Of a stretch of DNA of 64,000 bases, positions 48,282 to 56,273 are shown piece after piece. The DNA is taken from contig CAZLKN010000005.1 of NCBI GenBank assembly GCA_964560135.1, forward strand, positions 18,731 through 82,730. Reading direction: 5' to 3'. The notes beneath the pieces are model-generated. The model was not told the DNA's origin, ran no database searches, and saw nothing but the letters and a program-made list of their open reading frames with translations. Position 1 is the first letter of the stretch, and every line of letters begins with the position of its first letter. The DNA is from an uncultured Actinomycetes bacterium (GTDB lineage Bacteria > Actinomycetota > JAICYB01). The position numbers and the translations under genes were made by a program.

Positions 48282-49061
48282 CTATTCGCCGCCCGGGCTC
48301 CGTTTCCTGCCTCGTTGCGTGGCCTTGGTCATGCGTCTGGCCGCCGCGGCCATCGGGCCGAGGTAGGCGTCCAGCACCCCCGCCTCCCGGATCTCGGCCG
48401 CCGGGCCCCCGGTGGCGATCGCCCCGCCCTGCATGAGGTACACGCGGTCGGCCACGGCCAGGGTGGCGGGCGCGTTCTGCTCCACGAGCAGGATCGTCGA
48501 GCCGGCGGCCCGGATCTCCTGGATCGTCTGGAAGACACGGTCCACCATGACGGGGGCCAGTCCGAGCGCGGCCTCGTCGATGATGAGCAGGGTCGGCGAG
48601 GACATCAGCGCGCGGCCGATGGCCAGCATCTGCTGCTCACCTCCCGAGAGCGTCCCGGCGAGCTGGCCACGCCGCTGCCCGAGGATCTCGAAGATCTCGT
48701 AGACCCGCTCGAGGTTCCCACGGAACTTGGCGCCGTCCCGCCGTACCGCCCAGCCGCCGAGCCTGAGGTTCTCCTCCACGCTGAGCGCGGGGAACACGCG
48801 CCTTCCCTCGGGCGCCATGGCCATCCCGATGGCCACCGTGTGATCCGGACCGCTGCCGGTGATGTCCTTCCCGTCGAACTCCACGGTCCCCTCCCAGGGC
48901 CGGAGGAGACCGACCACCGCCGACAGCGTGGTCGTCTTGCCGGCACCGTTCGGGCCGAGGATGGCCGCGATCTCGCCCTGTTCGACCTCGAAGGAGATCC
49001 CGTGGAGGATCGGAACCCGTTCGTAGCCGACCTTGAGGTCAGTGACCCGCAAGAGCGGCAT
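48282..49061 (-). CDS. Branched-chain amino acid ABC transporter ATP-binding protein (LivF-like), operon 2
   Basis: GPNGAGKTT, LSGGEQQ, LLIIDE. Confidence 0.85.
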   Translation of the reverse strand: MPLLRVTDLKVGYERVPILHGISFEVEQGEIAAILGPNGAGKTTTLSAVVGLLRPWEGTVEFDGKDITGSGPDHTVAIGMAMAPEGRRVFPALSVEENLRLGGWAVRRDGAKFRGNLERVYEIFEILGQRRGQLAGTLSGGEQQMLAIGRALMSSPTLLIIDEAALGLAPVMVDRVFQTIQEIRAAGSTILLVEQNAPATLAVADRVYLMQGGAIATGGPAAEIREAGVLDAYLGPMAAAARRMTKATQRGRKRSPGGE

Positions 49062-51186
49062 CGCCCACCTCCTCCGCGGCCGTCCCGAGATAAGCGCGTA
49101 CCACCTCCGGCTTCTGGGCGACCTCGCCGGGCAAACCTTCGGCGAGGAGCTGTCCGAAGTCGAGCACGTAGACGTAGTCGCAGGTGTCGAGCACGAGCGG
49201 GACGTGATGTTCGATGAGCACCACCGTGACGCCGAAGTCCCGCTGCACGGCTTTCAGCGTGTCGCCCAGGGTCTCCAACTCGGACGGATCCACCCCGGCC
49301 GCGGGCTCGTCGAGAAGGACGATCTCCGGCCCCCACACCAGCGCACACCCGAGCTCGACCATCTTCGCCGTACCGTGGGGCAGGGCCGAGACCCGTTCGG
49401 AGGCCACGGGATCCAGACCGAGCATCTCGACGGCCGCATGTGCCCGCATCCGCAGGATCCGCTCTTCGTCGACCACGGTCCGGGTGCGCAGGAGCCCTTC
49501 CACCGGGCTGTAGGTGCACGAGAGGTGCTGCGCGATGAGGAAGTTGTCGAAGACCGTCTCCTGCTTGGCGAGTCCGACGTGCTGGAAGGTCCGGGCGATC
49601 CCGAGCGACGCCCGGTCGTGGGGCGACATGCCGATGAGGTTCCGGCCCCGGAAGCGGATCGCGCCGACGTCGGGCTGCAGGAAGCCTGAGATGCAGTTGA
49701 ACAGCGTCGTCTTCCCCGAACCGTTCGGGCCCATCACACCCACGAGCTCACCGTGACGCACTTCCAGGGACATGCCGTCGAGGGCCCGCACCCCGCCGAA
49801 CCGCTTCTCGAGGCCGTCGATCTGGAGGAGCGGGCCGCGGAACCCGTCCCGCCCGCGGGGGGCACGCTGGAGGATGGCTGGCAGCGCGCGGCCGGCGCTC
49901 ATCCGCGAGGACGCCTGCTCCAGCGCCTCCGCCGCCGCGAGCTGATGGACCCCGGAGAGCTGGTCGAGCAGCGGCCCCACCGCCCACTCCACCACCCGGT
50001 CGATGAGGATGATCAGTGTGGTGATGGATGCCACCAGGCCGCTGATCACTGCGCTGCCCAGCGTGGCATCGAAGGGCGTGACCACCGCGATGATCCGCGG
50101 CAGGACGAGCGCGGCGATGACACCGGCGAGGGCCGCCGCCACCCAGCACCCGAAGAAGGCCGCCAGGTATTTCGGCCCCCGATCCTTCATCGTCCTCACG
50201 GCCACCTTGAGCTGGCCCCCCTGCTCGGCGAGGCCGCCTGCATGGCGGACGAGGGTGAACACGAGCAGGACACCGCCGATGATCTGTCCCGTCCACCGGA
50301 GCACGTCACCGATGATCTGCTCGAAGACGACGGGGAACGATCCACCCACTGCCGTTCCCGGCCGGGAGCCCAGTCCTCCGAGAACCACGAACACCAGGAA
50401 CGCGATGGACAACTGGAAATCGAAGAGTTCGGCACTCACCTCCCCGGCGAGGGTTCCGAACATGCCACCCGCCAATCCCGCGTAGAAGCCGCTCAGCCCG
50501 AAGGCCAGAAGCTTGTACCGGGCGACGGGGATCCCGAAGGATGCTGCCACCTGCTCGTCCTGGCGCAGCGCGAAGAACGCCCGGCCCGCACGGCTGCGCG
50601 TGAGGTTTCGGTCGAGGACGAGGATCAGGACGAACAGGATCATCACGGCCCAGAGGAACCGCTGGTTGGGCTCGAGGCTCACACCGAACAACTCGGGACG
50701 GGGGACTTCCACCCCCGCGGCTCCCTGGGCCACGAACTCCGCCCGGAACACGACACGCTGCATGAGGAACTGGAAGGCCAGGGTGGCGATCGCCAGATGC
50801 AGCCCTCGGATGCGAAGTGCGGGAAAGCCGATACCCAGCGCGATGAGCGCGGCCACGAATCCGCTCACGGGCAGCGCGACGAGCCACGGAACGCCCTGCA
50901 GCGTCACAAGGTTGCCCATGGTGAACGCTCCCGTACCGAGCAGGACGGCGTGGGCGAGGGAGATCTGTCCCGCGTACCCGGCCAGGACGTTCATCGACAG
51001 TCCGACGACCGCGAAGCACACCGCCCAGGCGAAGGTGAAGGAACGGTCCTCGACCCACGGGATCAAAGGGAGCGCGAAGAACACGGCGAACCAGGCCCCG
51101 GTGCGCGCCCGACGCCGCCAGAGCAGGCGCACGGCTTCCTGCTGCTCGTCCAGCGCGGCCATCGGCTCACTCATATCGCTGGTCAA
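49039..51186 (-). CDS. Fusion LivM-like permease + LivG-like ATPase (715 aa), operon 2
   Basis: Polytopic permease followed by an ABC ATPase (GPNGSGKTT); ATG overlaps the livH stop (ATGA). Confidence 0.8.
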   Translation of the reverse strand: MTSDMSEPMAALDEQQEAVRLLWRRRARTGAWFAVFFALPLIPWVEDRSFTFAWAVCFAVVGLSMNVLAGYAGQISLAHAVLLGTGAFTMGNLVTLQGVPWLVALPVSGFVAALIALGIGFPALRIRGLHLAIATLAFQFLMQRVVFRAEFVAQGAAGVEVPRPELFGVSLEPNQRFLWAVMILFVLILVLDRNLTRSRAGRAFFALRQDEQVAASFGIPVARYKLLAFGLSGFYAGLAGGMFGTLAGEVSAELFDFQLSIAFLVFVVLGGLGSRPGTAVGGSFPVVFEQIIGDVLRWTGQIIGGVLLVFTLVRHAGGLAEQGGQLKVAVRTMKDRGPKYLAAFFGCWVAAALAGVIAALVLPRIIAVVTPFDATLGSAVISGLVASITTLIILIDRVVEWAVGPLLDQLSGVHQLAAAEALEQASSRMSAGRALPAILQRAPRGRDGFRGPLLQIDGLEKRFGGVRALDGMSLEVRHGELVGVMGPNGSGKTTLFNCISGFLQPDVGAIRFRGRNLIGMSPHDRASLGIARTFQHVGLAKQETVFDNFLIAQHLSCTYSPVEGLLRTRTVVDEERILRMRAHAAVEMLGLDPVASERVSALPHGTAKMVELGCALVWGPEIVLLDEPAAGVDPSELETLGDTLKAVQRDFGVTVVLIEHHVPLVLDTCDYVYVLDFGQLLAEGLPGEVAQKPEVVRAYLGTAAEEVGDAALAGH

Positions 51187-52052
51187 GCCTCCGATCCGAG
51201 GAGACCGTGCGGCCGGATGATCAGTACGACGAGGATGAGCGCGAACACCGTTACGAACTCGGCTCCGGGAAGGGTCTCACCCCACATGAACTTGCCGACG
51301 TTCCAAACGATCCCCACGATGATCCCGCCGATGAAGGCGCCGGGCAGGCTCGTCAGTCCTCCGACCAGCGCCGCGGCGAGCGACGGGATCACGATCAGCG
51401 TCATGAAAAAGGGATGGAAGGCACCGATGGTCGGGGCCAGGATGATGCCGGCGAGCGCCGCCAGCGCTCCACCCACCGCCCAGGTGAAACCGGACACGAC
51501 CCGGAAGGGCAATCCCATGAGCCGCAGAGCGGTCAGGTCCTGCGCCGAAGCCAGGACGCCGAGGCCGAACAACGTGCGCCTGAAGAACAAGAAGAGACCT
51601 GCGCCGAGCAGCCCGGTCACGACGAGGGCGAGAACGCGTCCGGCGGTGAACTCGATCCCCGCCAGGCTGAACAACGTCCCCGAGACGAGATCGGGCGGTA
51701 CACGCGGATCGATCTGCCAGAGGGACACCTGGAGACCGAACAGGGCAAGCGCGATCCCGAGGGTGGCAACGGTCACCGTGATCCGGGGCGCATCGGCCAG
51801 CGGCCGCAGGACCACCTCGACGAGGCCGCCCATGACCCCCGCCGCCACGAGCGAAACGACCACGGCGACCAGGATCGGAACCCCAGCGAGACTCTGCGCC
51901 CAGGTGAGATAGATGGCGACGGTACCGATCTCCGCCATAGCGAAGTTCAGCACCCGCGTCGCCTTGTAGACGAGAACGAGACCGAGGGCCACCAGCCCGA
52001 AGATGGCCCCGTCGGGGATACCGGCCAGGACCGCCGCCAGAAGCTTGTCCAT
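51183..52052 (-). CDS. Branched-chain amino acid ABC transporter permease (LivH-like), operon 2
   Basis: 289 aa, polytopic, conserved LivH-family N-terminus. Confidence 0.8.
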   Translation of the reverse strand: MDKLLAAVLAGIPDGAIFGLVALGLVLVYKATRVLNFAMAEIGTVAIYLTWAQSLAGVPILVAVVVSLVAAGVMGGLVEVVLRPLADAPRITVTVATLGIALALFGLQVSLWQIDPRVPPDLVSGTLFSLAGIEFTAGRVLALVVTGLLGAGLFLFFRRTLFGLGVLASAQDLTALRLMGLPFRVVSGFTWAVGGALAALAGIILAPTIGAFHPFFMTLIVIPSLAAALVGGLTSLPGAFIGGIIVGIVWNVGKFMWGETLPGAEFVTVFALILVVLIIRPHGLLGSEA

Positions 52053-52058
52053 GCGCCG

Positions 52059-53534
52059 CTAGCTGGACGGACGGTCCGCGCAGGTCTGCGCCTGCCGCCA
52101 GACGTTCCCGTCGAGCTCGAAAACGTTGAGTTTCCACGCGCCGATCCGCTCGTCCTGCGTGCGCGTGAAGTCAGCACCGCAAGCCGGGAATACGTCCTGG
52201 GGGTCCTCCTTGTAGGAGTTCAGCAACTCGAAGACCTTCGAGCGTGTGGGCTCGGGACCGACCTGCTCGAGGATGCGGTGGAGCTGCTTGGCGCCCAGGT
52301 AGGAGGCGTAGTCGAAGTCGTCGGGGGGCGGATCCTTCTCCGGCGAGTACGCGCGGAAGATCCGTAGGAACTCGTCGATGTCGTCGCGGTAGGGAAGGTC
52401 GTTGGGCACCGCTCGGAAGTCGGTGCACTCACAGCTGGGGTTGAAGTGGTGGAAGACGACCGCCTGCCCGCTTCCGGCGAGCGCGTCGGAGACGATGTTG
52501 AACCCGGCCACCGGACTCACCGCCGTCCACACCGGATCGTAGTTGGCCGGCCGCTGCCGGAGCATCTTGATCCAGATATTCGGGGTCGTGAAGTTGTTGA
52601 CGATCTCGACCCCCTCGCTCCGCAGCGCGAAGTACACGTCGGCGAAGGTGTTCTCGTCCTTCTGGACCGTGCGGTCGACGGCGAGTTCGATGCCGTGGCG
52701 AGCGAGCGCCTTCGCGTAGGCGTCCCGAGCGGCCTCGAAGAACGGCGAGTCGACCCGGATCATCCCGTGGACCTTGTCCTTGCCGAATCGCTCCACGAGG
52801 TAATCGGCGAGCAGTTCGTGCTGGTACTCGTAGTACGGACCCACGTGGGCGTTGTACTTCAGGTCGTTCAGGTCCCGGATGCTCGCCGGGCCGTGGAAGT
52901 AGGGGATCTGTCGTTCCTCGGCCCACCGCGCCACGGAGACGATCTGGTCGGTGCCGGCGGCCCCGAAGTACACGAAGGCACCCTTGCGAGCACACTCCTC
53001 GGCGGCCCGCCGTGCCCCCGCCGGGTAGTACTGGTCGTTGATGGCCACGAACCGCACCTGGCGGCCGTGGATGCCGCCAAGCTCCTTGTTCACGTAGTTG
53101 AAGTAGAACTGTCCGAAGCGATCGGGGTGGTGTGGGATGGGAGCGGCTCCGGTGATCGGCACATGTGCGCAGAGCCGGATCTCGTTGCGGGTGATGCCCT
53201 CGGTCTCCCGGGGGAACATGCCGCTCGCCGCTGCTGCTGCGGCCTCGCCGGCCGGCGCTGCGTCTGCTGCCTCACCGTCGCCGCTCGCGGCCGCGCCTGC
53301 GGCCGCCTCACCGGCATCGTCGGCTGCATCCGCGGCGTCCCCGTCGAGGTCCCCGTCGGCCGGTCCGGTGGCCCCGGTCTGGTCGTCGAGGTCGGACGCG
53401 GCCATACGGCCCTGCGGGTCGATGACGAGATCGGCCTTCAGTCCGCATCCGGTGGCCATCAGTGCGAGCAGGGCGACGAACGCAAGCTGCCGGCGGATCC
53501 CCCGCACTGCTTCGGGTTCGAACTGGAACCTCAT
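52059..53534 (-). CDS. Liv-type ABC transporter substrate-binding lipoprotein with acidic low-complexity tether, operon 2
   Basis: Lipobox MATGCG; long Asp/Ala/Gly-rich segment; start taken at the internal ATG (MRFQFE...). Confidence 0.7.
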   Translation of the reverse strand: MRFQFEPEAVRGIRRQLAFVALLALMATGCGLKADLVIDPQGRMAASDLDDQTGATGPADGDLDGDAADAADDAGEAAAGAAASGDGEAADAAPAGEAAAAAASGMFPRETEGITRNEIRLCAHVPITGAAPIPHHPDRFGQFYFNYVNKELGGIHGRQVRFVAINDQYYPAGARRAAEECARKGAFVYFGAAGTDQIVSVARWAEERQIPYFHGPASIRDLNDLKYNAHVGPYYEYQHELLADYLVERFGKDKVHGMIRVDSPFFEAARDAYAKALARHGIELAVDRTVQKDENTFADVYFALRSEGVEIVNNFTTPNIWIKMLRQRPANYDPVWTAVSPVAGFNIVSDALAGSGQAVVFHHFNPSCECTDFRAVPNDLPYRDDIDEFLRIFRAYSPEKDPPPDDFDYASYLGAKQLHRILEQVGPEPTRSKVFELLNSYKEDPQDVFPACGADFTRTQDERIGAWKLNVFELDGNVWRQAQTCADRPSS

Positions 53535-53710
53535 CCCCACCTCCTCGGTGACGTCGAGCGACACCAGCCTGTTCATCGGGGCGGATGTTTCACGTACCTA
53601 TGGACGGTACCGATGGGATGCGCGAGCTTCGTAGCGCATGTCCCCTCTCAACCGTTCGACACGGTTGGCAGATTTCCCTCCCCGTGGTTCCTCGCCTTCT
53701 TTGGTTACGG

Positions 53711-54253
53711 CTACGGCTTGCAGACGCGACAGGGCATCAGGCCCGTCTGGACGGCTTCCGGGCGGGGCAGCGGATTGGTGTCCTTCGCCCGTTCCGCGAT
53801 CCGGCAACCGGCTTTGTGGAAGCTGGACCCCCCTTTCGGGACGATCACGAGCCCGTTGCTGCCCGCTGCCCCTTCGGGCCTCATCGCCCGCAGGGCCATG
53901 ATCTCGCGCAACGATTCGAAGCCCGCCCGCATCTCGGAGATCTCCTCGCGAAGGTCGGCCTGGGAGCGCAGGAACGCCGCGAGGGCGAGTGCGAGGCCCC
54001 CGAGCAGCACGAGCGCCCCTCCGAAGATCCCTCCCGAGATCACGAACGGGATCTGGGCCTCCACCACCGGGTTCGTGGCCGCGCCGTTGTAGCCGAGGTA
54101 CACGACGACGAGCCCGACGAGCACGAGCCCGATGCCCACGTACATGATGAGCCGGATCTGCCGGTGCCATGCGGGCGGCCCCGCGGTGTCCATCAGGCCC
54201 TCGGCGTCACTATCGCCGACAACCCGGATCTCTTCTGTGCTCCCGTTATCCAC
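53711..54253 (-). CDS. Two-TM membrane protein with cytoplasmic coiled-coil and C-terminal H/Cys3 zinc-ribbon-like motif (paralog of the next gene)
   Basis: 180 aa; YVG-x11-YLG-x12-QIPF-xxSGG-xxGG motif; C-terminal FHKAGC...GLMPCRVCKP resembles the Ada-type metal-binding half-site (from memory). Confidence 0.5.
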   Translation of the reverse strand: MDNGSTEEIRVVGDSDAEGLMDTAGPPAWHRQIRLIMYVGIGLVLVGLVVVYLGYNGAATNPVVEAQIPFVISGGIFGGALVLLGGLALALAAFLRSQADLREEISEMRAGFESLREIMALRAMRPEGAAGSNGLVIVPKGGSSFHKAGCRIAERAKDTNPLPRPEAVQTGLMPCRVCKP

Positions 54254-54374
54254 TCATACCCCCCGGAGACGTTCGACAGCCCTGTGGACGAGGGCGGGCG
54301 AGAAAGACAGGGAGACAGCCTAACCGCAACTTTCCGATCGCGCCAACGGAAGCCGAGCTCCACGGCTGAGACAC

Positions 54375-54809
54375 CTAGCGGCTCCGGGTGGACTTGCGGG
54401 CCGGCGACCGCTTCGCCCGTTTCGCAGCCGCCTTCTCCTCGCGCTCCCTCACCTCCGCAGCCGCTTCCTCCGACTTCGTCCGCCACTCCTCGAGCATCGC
54501 TTGCAACCCCGAAAGCGCTCCGTGGACGCGGACGAGCTCCCGGTGTTGTGTCCAGGCCAGCCGCTGGATGACGTCGACGATCACCCCTCCCACCCCCATC
54601 AGCAGCAGGCCCCAGCCTCCGAAACCGCCCGACAGCAGGAACGGGATCTGTCCCGTCTCGAGCTCCTGCTCACCCGCCTGCCGCCATCCGAGGTAGATCG
54701 CGGCCCAGCCGCAGGCGATCAGCAGCAGGCCCACATACAGCGGGAGGCGGGTCGGGGGCTTGTCCATGCTCACTAGTTTCGCTTCCCGGTGACGCCGCAA
54801 CAACTCCAC
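54375..54809 (-). CDS. Two-TM membrane protein with coiled-coil and Lys/Arg-rich tail (paralog of the previous gene)
   Basis: 144 aa; same YVG...YLG...QIPF..SGG..GG motif spacing. Confidence 0.5.
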   Translation of the reverse strand: MELLRRHREAKLVSMDKPPTRLPLYVGLLLIACGWAAIYLGWRQAGEQELETGQIPFLLSGGFGGWGLLLMGVGGVIVDVIQRLAWTQHRELVRVHGALSGLQAMLEEWRTKSEEAAAEVREREEKAAAKRAKRSPARKSTRSR

Positions 54810-54836
54810 GGCGCTCCGAGCCGGCTCGCCCCGGAC

Positions 54837-55373
54837 TCAGGCCGGTCCGGCCTCGTCCCCGCCGGAAGCATCACGGGCTCGGCGCCGCCAGAGGAGGAGG
54901 CCCGGCGCCACGACCAGCAGAACCGCGAGGACGATCCCCGGGATCCCGAGCGTCGGCAGCCGGAAGAGCCACGGACTCAGGAGCACCAGGATGAGCAGAG
55001 CGGTGGGTCCGGCACTTGCCGGCCTCCAGGCGGGCGAGAGCCAGTTGCCCGACCGCAGGAACTCCTCCTCGGCCCCCTCGATCAGCAGCTTGCGGGCCAG
55101 GACGACGTCGGGGCCCGGCAGATGCTCGCGGGGACGGAGGCAGATCGCCCCGGCGAACTGTCCGTGTTCGAAGACGGCGACCGGACGCCAACAGTCGAGG
55201 CGGTAGACCCGGCCGGGATGCATCCCGCTCGGGATCTCGAGGTAGCCGTGCTCCTCGTACGCCGCGTGCTGCTCGGGGGTGAGCGAGTCCTCGAGGAGCT
55301 GCTCCGCCCTATCCCACGCCTCGTCGTTGTCGGCCGCATCCCATCGCCACAGCGGCCCCAGAGCGCGCCGCAT
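54837..55373 (-). CDS. Hypothetical protein with soluble N-domain and two C-terminal TM helices
   Basis: 178 aa; good coding bias; no family recognised. Confidence 0.45.
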   Translation of the reverse strand: MRRALGPLWRWDAADNDEAWDRAEQLLEDSLTPEQHAAYEEHGYLEIPSGMHPGRVYRLDCWRPVAVFEHGQFAGAICLRPREHLPGPDVVLARKLLIEGAEEEFLRSGNWLSPAWRPASAGPTALLILVLLSPWLFRLPTLGIPGIVLAVLLVVAPGLLLWRRRARDASGGDEAGPA

Positions 55374-55381
55374 GATGCCCC

Positions 55382-55606
55382 TCAGCCGCCGACCATGGGC
55401 CGGAAGGCCCGCAACTCATCGGAGGAGGGGTCGAAGCGCCTGACCTGCCGGCCCTCCTTGGTCACGGGATCCAGCTCGAAGACGAGGTAGCCTTGTTCGA
55501 CGATCTCGTCGAACCGCCGGCGGACCTCGTCCACCTCCTCACCCACGCCGGGCTTCCAGGTCACCTTCACGTCGCCGTAGGGCCCGAGGATCCTGAGGAT
55601 TCCCAC
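55382..55606 (-). CDS. 74-aa protein ending in Gly-Gly (possible beta-grasp MoaD/ThiS-like fold)
   Basis: C-terminus DELRAFRPMVGG-stop resembles the MoaD-type tail D.V.FFPPVSGG; first gene of the co-directional block. Confidence 0.4.
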   Translation of the reverse strand: MGILRILGPYGDVKVTWKPGVGEEVDEVRRRFDEIVEQGYLVFELDPVTKEGRQVRRFDPSSDELRAFRPMVGG

Positions 55607-55661
55607 CCTTGGTCACCCCTTTCGACTTCCCGGTCGACCGTTCCCTTCGCTGGGCACCATT

Positions 55662-55785
55662 GTGCCACCGGCCGCTAGACCCAGCGGAGGCCGCAGGGGG
55701 CCCCGGGGCACGGTTCGGGTGCCACAGCACAGGTGTGCCACCCGAACCGTCCTACGACTTGCCGCTGCTCGAAACGCTGTGCCAC
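55662..55785. promoter_or_regulatory. Four direct GTGCCAC heptamers and an 11-bp-stem inverted repeat (CGGTTCGGGTG...CACCCGAACCG, 55711..55749) in a divergent promoter region
   Basis: Seen directly between the 74-aa gene (minus) and the SCP2 gene (plus). Confidence 0.4.
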
Positions 55786-55831
55786 CATCCCAGCGCACTC
55801 CAGGTGTCGAGCAGCAAGGAGGATCCTTCCG

Positions 55832-56218
55832 ATGGCCAAGTTCCTCAGCGAGGAGTGGGGCGAAGCGGTCCGCGAAGCACTCAACGGCAGCGACGCGGTC
55901 AAGAACGCCACAAAGGGCGTCAACCTAACGATCCAACAGGTGGTGTCGGACGTCCCCGACCAGGGCGAGGTCCAGTACTGGACGAAGTTCCACGACGGCG
56001 ACATCGACGGCGGCATCGGTGAGGCGGCAGAAGCCGACGTGACGATCTCGCAGACCTACGAGACCGCCGCTTCCATGAACCGTGGAGAGCTCAACGCGCA
56101 GGCCGCCTTCATGCAGGGCAAGCTCAAGGTCACCGGCAACATGGGCAAGCTGCTTCAACACCAGGGGGCGATCCAGGCCCTAGGACCGGTGATCCAGCAG
56201 GTTCCCACCGACTATTGA
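55832..56218 (+). CDS. SCP2 (sterol carrier protein-like) domain protein
   Basis: 128 aa from the ATG with AAGGAGGA RBS; MAKFLSEEW...KLKVTGNMGKLL motif typical of SCP2. Confidence 0.7.
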   Translation: MAKFLSEEWGEAVREALNGSDAVKNATKGVNLTIQQVVSDVPDQGEVQYWTKFHDGDIDGGIGEAAEADVTISQTYETAASMNRGELNAQAAFMQGKLKVTGNMGKLLQHQGAIQALGPVIQQVPTDY

Positions 56219-56273
56219 TCCGTCAGATGTCCGGTGTTCGGAGCCCGGGGCGTGCCCCGGGCTCCCGCCGGTT

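Noticed and set aside
49753-51912. 719-aa plus ORF
   Set aside because: Antisense to the livMG and livH genes. Shadow ORF.
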